A stretch of DNA of 63,773 bases, filler included, from Octopus bimaculoides (Eukaryota), in the NCBI RefSeq assembly GCF_001194135.2. It is 7 parts of 6 records of this genome, joined end to end, with 100 filler letters (N's around TTAATTAATTAA, not from the genome) between each part and the next. Parts side by side here need not be neighbours in the genome. Positions count along the whole stretch, not along the records: positions 1 to 22,118 come from NC_069007.1; 6 more parts are not named here. One strand, 5' to 3'. Of the stretch, positions 12,223-21,943 are shown piece after piece. Below the pieces are notes generated by a model, which saw only the letters and a list, made by a program, of their open reading frames with translations, searched no databases and was not told the DNA's origin. Numbering within the stretch: the first letter of the stretch is position 1; each line of letters opens with the position of its first letter. The position numbers and the translations under genes are program-made.

Positions 12223-12339
12223 CATTGGAACATGGTCTTTGATTGTGGCCATACCATTTGTAAAGAATGTGGAGAAGGACTTGATAAGTTCCGTTTGTAT
12301 AGGAAACAAATTGAGAAAAAGACCATTGTTAAACATTAA
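12223..12339 (+). pseudogene. Relic second RING coding sequence beyond the premature stop
   Basis: The same frame continues HWNMVFDCGHTICKECGEGLDKFRLYRKQIEKKTIVKH-TAA. This matches the Mind bomb terminal RING pattern (NMVFxCGHxxCxxC...CPxCRK), but the last Cys pair is F and Y. Confidence 0.8.
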
Positions 12340-12477
12340 TTGCCCATTTCTTCTTATGTTCTTTTGTTTGTCTTATTATCTCATCTTGTCCCCACCACCC
12401 TTAATCACACGCACATATAAACATCTGATCTACCAATATTGGAACCTTTATCTACCATATTTTTGGTTGTTTTGATC

Positions 12478-12525
12478 AATAAACTTGACAAACCTTACAA
12501 AATCTGTACAAAACTGGTCAATAAA
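12478..12525 (+). terminator. Candidate polyadenylation signals of the MIB2-like gene
   Basis: AATAAA at 12478-12483 and 12520-12525, followed by a T/GT-rich tract. Confidence 0.55.
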
Positions 12526-12782
12526 TTTTAATTAGATGTTAACATTTTTCGTTCTTGTCATTGTTATGTGCATGTTGGACCATAGTGTCAGTTTAAGCTG
12601 TGAGAGCATTACAAAGGTAGGTCCTTAATGTGGGTTCTTCTGTTTTGGTGGTTAGGTTAGGTGCAATGAAAGCCTCTCTATATTCCTGTGGTTTAATCAG
12701 ATTTGGATGCATGTGGATGTTTATTATTATGTGATTATGAGACATCAATGTGTGTGTGTTTATATATATATATATATACCGT

Positions 12783-13288
12783 GGAGGTGCAATGGCCCAG
12801 TGGTTAGGGCAGCAGATTCGCAGTCGTAGGATCACGGTATCGATTACCAGACCGGGTGTTGTGAGTGTTTATTGAGCGAAAACACCTAAAGCTCCACGAG
12901 GCTCCGGCAGGGGATGGTGGCGAACCCTGCTGTACTCTTTCACCACAACTTTCTCTCTCTCTATGTGTGTATGTGAAGGCATGTGGCTTAATGGTTAGGC
13001 ATTCGGCTCACGATCATAAAGTCGCAAGTTCAATTCCCGGCGATGTGTTGTATCCTTGAGGAAGATGCTTTATTTCACGTTGCTCCAGTCCACTCTGCTG
13101 GCAAAAATGAGTAGTGCCTGTATTTCAAAAGGGTCAGCCTTGTCACACTCTGTGTCACGCTGAATCTCTCTGAGAATTATGTTAAGGGTACATGTGTCTG
13201 TGGAGTGCTCAGCCACTTGCATGTTAATTTCACAAGCAAGCTGTTCCAATGATCATATCAGCTGGGACCCTTGATGGAGTGCTCCTAT
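12783..13288 (+). mobile_element. Two adjacent SINEs (family C 5' half, then a family D-like head joined to a family C tail)
   Basis: tRNA-like heads at 12783 (ggaggtgcaatggcccagtggttagg) and about 12978 (ggcatgtggcttaatggttagg...gttcaattccc). The tail matches 9010-9190. Confidence 0.75.
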
Positions 13289-13421
13289 ATATATATATAT
13301 ATACATATACAACGGGCTTCGCTCACTTTCTATCAACCAACATAAGGCTCTGGCCACCCCAAAGTGAGAACGAACCTGGAACCATGTGGATTAATGTTGT
13401 TAAGGATTAGGCTTTCTAGAT

Positions 13422-13695
13422 CAGGGGTTTTCAAACTTTTTGACTTGCGGACCCCTTTATATTTCAAGCTTTACCTTAGGGCCCCCTTATAAACGCTTAC
13501 GAAATTTATACATAAATATTTGCTTAAAATAACATATATTTTTACATTTATTTATTTAACAGTATTTAACAAATAGGTTTATTGTCAATTAAAAGATTTC
13601 GATTAAAGAACATATATAAAATCAAATTGCCCATAAAAAGTATTTGCTGTCCACGGACCCCCTGTGGTCCGTGGACCACAGTTTGAAAACCCCTG
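13422..13695. mobile_element. hAT/Charlie-type MITE (274 bp)
   Basis: TIR CAGGGGTTTTCAAAC / GTTTGAAAACCCCTG. 8-bp TSD ttctagat / gtctagat (NTCTAGAN target). Confidence 0.92.
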
Positions 13696-14569
13696 GTCTA
13701 GATTACTACAAACGTCATTCAAAGGGAGATAATAACAGTACTTCCAGTTTATATTTTTGTTTCTTTAGTAATATGTATTTTTGTAGAGATTTTTTTGTAA
13801 AAATCGTTGTTGGGTTTTCTTTCAGTAAGCATTTCAGAAAATATTTAATCTTTTATAAGGATTTCAAAGCTTGTTTCACGCAGATTTGTGTCTTTGTTCA
13901 ACCGATATTTAATCTACGACTATTCCGTCTTTGCTCTTGATGTATTTAGCTGGTATATGCATCAGAATACCAAAAGCACAAGTTCTGATAGGCTGGACAT
14001 GTCCCAAGGGTCACAGACAACAGGTGGACCCATGCAGTTGCCTTCTTGTTTTGTAATGGCATTTACCTGTCACAAAGTGAAGAAGATAAACCAGGTTTTC
14101 CTTTGCTAATGTCTTGATATCAAATGTTGGGCATTAATAGTACACCGATGCATGTACATATAATACATTTAATGTATCAGATGGTTATATTACATTTCAT
14201 CATCATAATCATCGTTTAACGTCCGCTTTCCATGCTAGCATGGGTTGGATGATTTGACTGAGGACTGGTGAACCAGATGGCTACACCAAGCTCCAATCTG
14301 ATTTGGCAGAGTTTCTACAGCTGGATGCCCTTCCTAACGCCAACCACTCCTAGAGTGTAGTGGGTGCTTTTATGTGCCACCAGCACGAAGGCCAGTCAGG
14401 AGATACTAGCAACGGCCATGCTCGAAATGGTGTATTTTACATGCCACCTGCACAGGAGCCAGTCCAGCGGTACTGGCAACGAACTCGCATCAAATTTGTT
14501 TTGTGTTAGTATTTAATGTAATTAATACGATATTTTATCTTACATAATTATTCCACTTGATATAACCAT

Positions 14570-15000
14570 GAAGGACCTTACTGAATTGTAATTCTGTCAG
14601 CAGCCAATTCTGCAGCATGTTGAAGCCATTCTCAGTTCCAGTGACAAATGCCAAGTCTCGAGGGTCAGAAATGAGCTCCGAATCTGCTTTGACTGTTGTG
14701 AGCCAAATCTTCTGCTGACCACCTCTCCACTTACACCAATCCAGGAGGAAGATCTGGTGCTATTGCCTTCCAGATGAGTTCATCATGGGGGCGCCACAAT
14801 GCATAACCAAACCACCATAGTTTCCTCATTAAAATAATTCCCTCAAGAAGTGAGAGATATCGCAGTGAGCGTAAAGTTGCAGAGTGGTATCCAAGAGGGT
14901 GGAAAAGCCACTTGGAAAGCATCCACGGTGATGGGAAGATGATTTGGTCACGCAATTTGTGTCAATATGGAAAGTAATGGTGCAATCAAGACAGAATTGG
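14570..15000 (-). mobile_element. Decayed RTE-clade LINE 3' coding remnant
   Basis: Minus strand reads RKLWWFGYALWRPHDELI...QKIWLTTVKAD. A related fragment lies at about 50470-50630. Confidence 0.6.
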
Positions 15001-15585
15001 AAGTGCATTGTGACTAGTGGTGTGTAATAGTACCTGGTAGCCTGGCTGATACTGTGATGTATCTGTTTATAAGACGGATGGATGGATAATACTTCAAATT
15101 TTCTTGGAGGTGAAGTGACCATATAAAAACATCTTTGTTATCTTGAGTGTGATGTGGTCACTGTTGGCGATAATGTTGATGTGTGGCTACGTTATTCTTG
15201 GTGTGGTCACTCTTGGTGACAAAGATTCTATGCAGGGTTTCAATGCCACTTTTAAGAATGCTGCACATTAAACTGTATAATTTACCAAAAAAATGAAAAT
15301 ATAGTAATATGACAACAAAAGTATTCCATCACGGTAGTAAGGCAGTTTTATGATAAAAAAACAACAAAACATGGTAATCAAAGTTAGTGTATTACGCCAG
15401 GAGGAAAAAGAATATTATTAACATTTCAAACAAGGAGCTCCTTGTCATGATTAAGAAAAAAAAAATACAGAAGACATAAAGTGAAAAATTGTTATATATG
15501 TTACTGACATATGATATGCATTGATCTGGACAGACCATGTCCACCTCGTCCCATCACTAATGTAACAGAGTGTTTAATCACACAC

Positions 15586-15619
<34 letters not shown>

Positions 15620-15879
15620 TCTCTCATGTCAGTTCACGATGTCTACCTTTCCGGTCTCTATGGTTGAAGAGGAGATAACCATTCCAAAATGAAAGTATCC
15701 AACAGTCTGGTTAGGTGGCGCTGTGGGCTGAATCAGTGTATCTACAATTTGTCTAAAGCGAGAAATTTTCTCCATCACAAAATACAGTGAATGGCTTTCT
15801 TATGGGTTCAAATATATCTAAAAGGTAACAAATTTGTATGCATCATTTAGAATCCATTTTCTATACTGGCATTGGTTAA

Positions 15880-16069
15880 CACATTGAGTGCCAAGGGGAA
15901 ATGTGTAAATCAGTCCTGTGTGCCATATGTGCTTTTTTTCAAATTTATATAATGTTTCAGTTGTATATAATAGCTGTATGCAGTTCATTTTTCAATGAGA
16001 AAACATGTATACAATATACGTATATGCAGCACATTTGTAAAGTGCCGTGTACACATGGCACTCAATGTG
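15880..16069. mobile_element. TTAA-flanked MITE (piggyBac-like, 190 bp)
   Basis: Perfect 14-bp TIR CACATTGAGTGCCA / TGGCACTCAATGTG with TTAA on both sides. Confidence 0.85.
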
Positions 16070-16756
16070 TTAAATAGTCTGAGGACTGATAAGCTGTACC
16101 AGACCCCAGTCCAATTGTGGCTTGGTTTCTGCAGCTGGATGCCCTTCCTAATGCCAACCTCTCCAAGAGTGTAGTGGGTGCCTTTTACACATTACCAGCA
16201 TATTCCACGACTGTGATATCACTTGGCTCGACGAGTCTTCTGAAGCACTGCAAAACACCAACGGTCTCGATCATTGGTCATCAGCTCCATGAGACCCGAA
16301 ATCTGAAAATCATGCTTTACCACTTTGTCCCATGTCTTCCAGGGTCTACCTCTTCCACAGACTTCCCTCACATATACACCTTACTTGGAAACAAAGGTTT
16401 ATAACAGGAAGGGCATCCAGTCGTAGAAATTTTTCCACAACAATTTCCACCCGACCCATGCAAGCATGGAAAAATGGATCCTAAATGATTATAATGACAG
16501 CAGAATGAGCATGGTTATAAATGATGGACAAGAAGCAAACAGGAGTTAGGGGTTTCTAAGAAAGGAGAGTGTAACAGGAAATGAGTGACACTAACTTTGA
16601 TTAATTCTGTTGTATTCTTTTTTTTTTTTTTCTATCACACACTTGTCTATGTGCACCTAGACTCCCTAGGTTCTGGATTGCCTATGACAGCTGGAGTATG
16701 TCATATTAAAGTAACATGTGGTAAGTACTAAGTTATAAGTCAACGGGTACAGGTGA

Positions 16757-17075
16757 AGACGCATGGTTCAGTGGTTAGAACATCAGGCTCACAATCATAA
16801 GGTAATGAGTTCAATTCCCACACCAGGCTGTGTTGTGTTCTTGAGCAAGACACTTTATTTCACACTGCTTCCAGTTCACTCAGCTGTAGAAATGAGTTGT
16901 GATGTCACTGGTGCCAAGTTGTCTCAGCCTTTGCGATTTCCCTTGGATAACACTGGTGGTGTGGAGAGGGGGGGCTGGTATGCATGGGCGACTGCTGGCC
17001 TTCCATAAACAACCTTGCCCGGACTTGTGCCAGGGAGGGTAACTTTCTAGGTGCAATCTGATGGTTAATCATGAC
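16757..17075 (+). mobile_element. tRNA-derived SINE, family D
   Basis: tRNA-like A/B boxes (tggttcagtggtt; gagttcaattcc). The body matches the reverse complement of 45825-46085 and of about 47640-47850. Confidence 0.85.
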
Positions 17076-17295
17076 CAAAGTGGGTGGGGATTACAGTTGT
17101 ATGTCAGAGAACAGTATCGTACAGTAAAGTGTCTGAGTATACAGTAATGTCTAACAGTAAAATAAAATGGCAGATAGAGTACAGCACCAGTCCTATTATC
17201 CAGCTTCCAGAAAAATCTATTTTGTGTAAGATGATCCTCTCATAGCTACATGTTTATTTGTGTGACTTTATTATAATTTTCATTTATAATCATGT

Positions 17296-17400
17296 TTAAC
17301 CCTTTAGTGTTTAAACCGGCTGTATCCGGCCCAGATATTCTACACATTTTATGCTCAAAGGATTACTTTTGGCAAATTAATCTGAATGCTAAAGGGTTAA
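17296..17400. mobile_element. Internally deleted piggyBac-like MITE (105 bp)
   Basis: TTAA-CCCTTTAG ... CTAAAGGG-TTAA, same family as 9882-10505. Confidence 0.8.
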
Positions 17401-17731
17401 AAGGCTAGTAGAAATGTCATTAGATGAAGGTCAGTGGATGCCTTCAACATCTTCTTTCAAGAATATGTCAACCAAAACACTGTGCGATATCAGTCAATAC
17501 ACTATATCCTGTATTGAGTGAACAGAACCTGTTTTAGAAGTCAGTTAATTTGCATACAGCATGAAAACAATTAAACATTATTCTTCTTTAGAAATGTATT
17601 AATTTTGTACCTGCAACTGTTAAATAAAATCATATTTACTTTCTTTCATTTAGTTTTCCTCCCATAAACATTATACTGTATACACGGTACACTATGACAG
17701 ATTTCAAGAATTTTAAGTGGATTAATAAAGA

Positions 17732-17951
17732 TTAAACATTTAGCATTTAATCTGGTCATATGTGGCCCAAATATTCTACCTATTTTATGTTCAAACTAAC
17801 CAGATCCGGCCTCTCACACTTCGCCTACAATATTATTCTTAAATCATATAACCACATCAAAATCTCAAAGCTAAGAGATAAAGTATGATTAATTCAAAAC
17901 AATGTGAATAAATAAGCATTTGGTAGAGTAATCTGAATGCTAAAGAGTTAA
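17732..17951. mobile_element. piggyBac-like MITE, uninterrupted copy
   Basis: Colinear with 9882-10505 minus the LTR. Ends aatgctaaagag-ttaa; the left end is decayed. Confidence 0.78.
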
Positions 17952-18154
17952 TTTGTACTCGTATCTGAGAAATAAAATCATGTTTGTTACTTTTCTTTGT
18001 TTAATTTCCATCCTATAAAACATCATACTGTATGCATGGTATAATATGATACATTTTAAAGAATTTTAAGTGGATTAAATAAATATCAAACTCAGCTTCA
18101 GAAATGAATTAATTTAAACCTGTTAATTACAATTTAGTTCGTTACTTTTCATAG

Positions 18155-18160
18155 TTTATT
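18155..18160 (-). terminator. Candidate SART1 polyadenylation signal
   Basis: Minus-strand AATAAA about 370 nt past the stop codon. Confidence 0.35.
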
Positions 18161-18526
18161 TTATATATTAAGTAAAAATTTACATAGTCTCCAGAAAACT
18201 GGAAAATCTAGAAATCTAGTCCCTGGCTTGCTAGATATTCGATCCAATAGTGTAGTAAGTTGTAAGTCGGATAGTACAGAAGTACAGTAGTATGTCAGAG
18301 AATATAGAGTACAGTCAAGTAATGTGTTTTGGAGAGGACAATGCAGTAAGTATAAGTCAAAACTCAAGTCACTATAAACAACATTTACATGTCGAAGTTG
18401 ATATTAAATAATAATAATTAATGGAAACAAAATGTAGGGTTTTCTATGTTTTAGTTTGAAAACAAAGAAAAGGAGAAATTATTGCAAAAAAAAAAAGAAA
18501 AAGAGAAAAAAAGACATTTAAAAAGT

Positions 18527-20866
18527 CTATTTAACAATGGTATTAGCAGACATTCCTTTGTTACCACTGAGAATGACATAAGGAGTTCTTTCTTGCTTTT
18601 GTTTTTCTTGTAGAAGAGTCAATGTATTAAGAGGAGTGTCTGTGGAACTCATCTGTTTCATCAATTGTTCTTCTTCTAATTTCTTCATGCGTTTCTCAGT
18701 CTTTTTCTTGCCTGGCCCCTTGCCATGGAAACGGTGAGAGAGCTGACGAAACGCTTCTTTTTCATTTAACAATCGTCCAGAATCGTCGGCATATTCTAAC
18801 CGAACGTCTGGCTTGTATCCTTCTTTCTCTTTGAAGTCTACCAACATCCCCGTGTACCGATCTCTCTTGCGGTACTTTTCGTCAAGGTCATCATATCGTT
18901 TGTCCTCAATAGAATAATGAATAGCTTCGAGACCGCTGTGTTTGGGACCACTGGGCATTCGTTTGCTCTGATTCTCCAGGTAACCCTTTTTCTGTGCTAC
19001 TTGTAAAGCTGCTGCAAGTCCCATATTTATAGCTGGTTCTTCATCCAAGACTGCATTTTCCTCTTTCACAATATTAACAGGTTTAGTATCAATATCAACC
19101 TCGTTCCACTGACTCGACAGATCCTCTTCATCTTGGATTTTTTTCTTACGTTCCATCAATTCCAATTCTAAATCCAAAAAGGCATCGCGTTCTTCATCAC
19201 GATTGCCAGCTAAACCATAAGTTGGAATGTCACCTAAAGCACGACAAAATTCTGACGTAGCATTTAAAATAATGTCACTTTTTTTCATCTCACTATCAAA
19301 TGCATTGGAACCCAGCGACTGGGTGTGGTGCAATGTTTTGGCGATTTCGTCAGGAACTGTCCGTTCTCTCCTTTGTTTCAACTTCCGCACTTTATCTAAA
19401 GTGGAGTAAAGTTCATTCATTGCATCATCTTCATCTACGACATAACTGTTGTAGATGTCGCTGTCGTCGTGCCCCAGAATGGTCGTTTCTTCTGGCTGCT
19501 GTTGATCTATGTCCATATCTTCCACCTCTATTCTAGGAGAAACCGACTCTTTACCATCTTCTGTAGGATTCTCAGTTTTTATTTTCATTTTCCGATTTCC
19601 AAGGTCATTACCATTCCTGGCATCACCGACCTCATCAGGCATGTTCAATAAATCATCTGGTTTTAATATTTTCTTGCGGATTTTTCTCTTCACCTTTTTA
19701 ACTTTGTTAAATTTAGCTGATTCCACTTCCTCATTAGTGTAATATTCCCTGGCTAGAGTTGACAACTGTACAAGGTTTTGACTCTGTTGTTTTAATTCCT
19801 TACGAATTCTTTCAAGATCTCGTTCAGCAGATGGAACATATTTACCACCAGATCCAAGTTCAAAAGATGTAATTTTCTTACCATAAATTTCCTCATCATA
19901 TTTACTCAACATGGCTTCTTTTTGGGGTTGGAAATCATCAGTAAATTCTTCATCATCATATGGGGTATATTCAGGTTTCTTCTTTTTAATCTCGTTATTT
20001 TTTATAGCAACTTCATCTTCATGTAACCTGGGATTAACAAGAACATCTTGGTCTTCAGTTAAAACTTGGTTGTCTTTAAGAGTCAAAATAACGGTACTAC
20101 CTTCTTTGAAACTGTCCAAATTATGTTCAACTTTGAAACCTTTTAGATCTCTAGACGAATAATTCTTCTTCTTCTTATCTTTATTAAATTCTTCTTCCAT
20201 TAAACTACCAATTCCAAAGTCTTCGTCCATCTGATCCAACATTTTCGCCGTTTTCTCTGCCATTTCGCGATCGTGTTCCAGCTTTCGACTTTTCTCAATC
20301 CATTTCTTCACATCGTCGTCATCCGCTCCGTCTCCCAACGTTTTGATCTTGCTAAACTTGTCATAAATTTTCCTCTTCTCTCGCAGAAGTTCGGTTTTCT
20401 CCCGGATCTTATTCGTTCGTTTCATTTCACCCAAATTCACCGCAGGCACATGGACATCTTCAGATTTCTTCGCGACTGTCTCAGTAGTTCCAATGTCTTC
20501 TCCACCAGCACTGGCGGCCCCAGAACCGGAACCACTAACATCTAAGGGCCTCATCCCAAGCTTTATCCTTAACCTATTCGCCTCTTCGATACTCAAAGAA
20601 CAGGTATTACTGTTGCTACCACTGGTATTATTATTATTGTTATTACCAGCGGTAGAAGCAGCGCCCCCGGAGGAACCACTGTTGAACGGTGTTTCCTTCC
20701 TCTCTGAACTACTAATATCATGTTTATGAGAAGATTTCTTACTTTCATCTTTGTCCCGCCGCTTCTTGCTTTGATGCTCCTTGTTTCGTGACCGTGACGA
20801 AGATCTCCGCCTGTGTTTATGTCGGTGTTCTCGGTCAGATTTGTGTTTCTTCGACGAGGAACCCAT
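18527..20866 (-). CDS. SART1: U4/U6.U5 tri-snRNP-associated protein 1 (SART1/Snu66), 779 aa, intronless CDS
   Basis: Uninterrupted ORF with an RS/RH-rich N-terminus, the Hub1-interaction (HIND) motif LSIEEANRLRIKLGMRPL, and conserved SART-1 blocks (LTLKD..VL, ILNATSEFCRALGDIPTYG, EAFRQLSHRFHGKGPGKKKTEKR). Start context is aaaATGG. Confidence 0.97.
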   Translation of the reverse strand: MGSSSKKHKSDREHRHKHRRRSSSRSRNKEHQSKKRRDKDESKKSSHKHDISSSERKETPFNSGSSGGAASTAGNNNNNNTSGSNSNTCSLSIEEANRLRIKLGMRPLDVSGSGSGAASAGGEDIGTTETVAKKSEDVHVPAVNLGEMKRTNKIREKTELLREKRKIYDKFSKIKTLGDGADDDDVKKWIEKSRKLEHDREMAEKTAKMLDQMDEDFGIGSLMEEEFNKDKKKKNYSSRDLKGFKVEHNLDSFKEGSTVILTLKDNQVLTEDQDVLVNPRLHEDEVAIKNNEIKKKKPEYTPYDDEEFTDDFQPQKEAMLSKYDEEIYGKKITSFELGSGGKYVPSAERDLERIRKELKQQSQNLVQLSTLAREYYTNEEVESAKFNKVKKVKRKIRKKILKPDDLLNMPDEVGDARNGNDLGNRKMKIKTENPTEDGKESVSPRIEVEDMDIDQQQPEETTILGHDDSDIYNSYVVDEDDAMNELYSTLDKVRKLKQRRERTVPDEIAKTLHHTQSLGSNAFDSEMKKSDIILNATSEFCRALGDIPTYGLAGNRDEERDAFLDLELELMERKKKIQDEEDLSSQWNEVDIDTKPVNIVKEENAVLDEEPAINMGLAAALQVAQKKGYLENQSKRMPSGPKHSGLEAIHYSIEDKRYDDLDEKYRKRDRYTGMLVDFKEKEGYKPDVRLEYADDSGRLLNEKEAFRQLSHRFHGKGPGKKKTEKRMKKLEEEQLMKQMSSTDTPLNTLTLLQEKQKQERTPYVILSGNKGMSANTIVK

Positions 20867-20948
20867 TTTGTGTCACTCAACAAAAGATCACAGGACCGGA
20901 CTGACTGGATCATTTATTGCCTGCATCTCTCATCGGTCAAAATTAAAT
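20867..20948 (-). other. SART1 5'-UTR portion of the coding exon (probable 3' splice site at 20949-20950)
   Basis: Minus strand reads ...gacttttttctctttatggtag|atttaa: a pyrimidine tract plus AG, preceded by very AT-rich intron-like sequence. Confidence 0.55.
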
Positions 20949-21557
20949 CTACCATAAAGAGAAAAAAGTCATTAATATTTTACGAATAAAATATAATAAA
21001 GTAATTTATATTCTATTTATTATACGTAAAATATCGATTAATTGATATAATTTATTTAAAAAAATGTATTTTTGTTTGCCGCAGTTAAGGCAAGGGAGCT
21101 AACTCGTACATGACTTTACAATTTTATTTTAAAAATTATTTTTTCTTTGAAGAAATAAATTTTTGTAGGTTTTTCTCGGAATTTTATTGATTTTCAACGT
21201 CGGGAGATGGTTAGGTGAGGGATATAGTAAATTATACTGATCGCTGTACGAGACTGCTAATTTAGATTATCTAATTAAATTAGTAAAAGTAACGGATTCA
21301 GAACACGAAGAGCGTTTCTCTTAAGCACACACACATACACACACATGTACATAGACACATGCTCACACGTACTCATATACACACACACACTCGCATGTAC
21401 ACTTACGCATACAGGAGCACACACTTTACTCACACGTATGTACACACGCATACACATAAACACTAACGCTCGCATACATACACGCACACACGTCTATTGT
21501 AATATGATCATTTCCCTTTGAATGGCAGATCGAGAAATTAATTTTTTGTAACTAAAC

Positions 21558-21943
21558 TAGGCGCAGAAGTGGCTATGTGGTAAGTAGCTTGCTTACCAAC
21601 CACATGGTTCCGGGTTCATTCCCACTGCGTGGCACCTTGGGCAAGTGTCTTCTACTATAGCCTAGGGCCGACCAAAGCCTTGTGAGTGGATTTGGTAGAC
21701 GGAAACTGAAAGAAGCCCGTCGTATATATGTGTGTGTATATGTTTGTGCGTCTGTGTTTGTCCCCTCCCCACCATCGCTTGACAGCCGATGGTGGTGTGT
21801 TTACGTCCCCGTAACTTAGCGGTTCGGCAAAAGAGACCGATAGAATAAGTACTAGGATTCCAAAGAATAAGTCCTGGGGTCGATTTGCTCGACTAAAGGC
21901 GGTGCTCCAGCATGGCCGCAGTCAAGTGACTGAAACAAGTAAA
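21558..21943 (+). mobile_element. tRNA-derived SINE, family A (full length)
   Basis: Head ggcgcagaagtggctatgtggtaag...ccgggttcattccca, central ccttgggcaagtgtctt, (TG)n spacer and tail. Further copies at about 3600-3755, 39170-39330, 41100-41290, 42319-42677, 49868-50420, 54800-55020 and 55275-55500. Confidence 0.88.

Noticed and set aside
19227-20729. Several plus-strand ORFs antisense to SART1
   Set aside because: Expected shadow ORFs of a long biased-codon CDS, with no independent features.
21558-21640. tRNA-like sequences at SINE heads
   Set aside because: They lack a complete cloverleaf and run into SINE bodies, so they are not tRNA genes.
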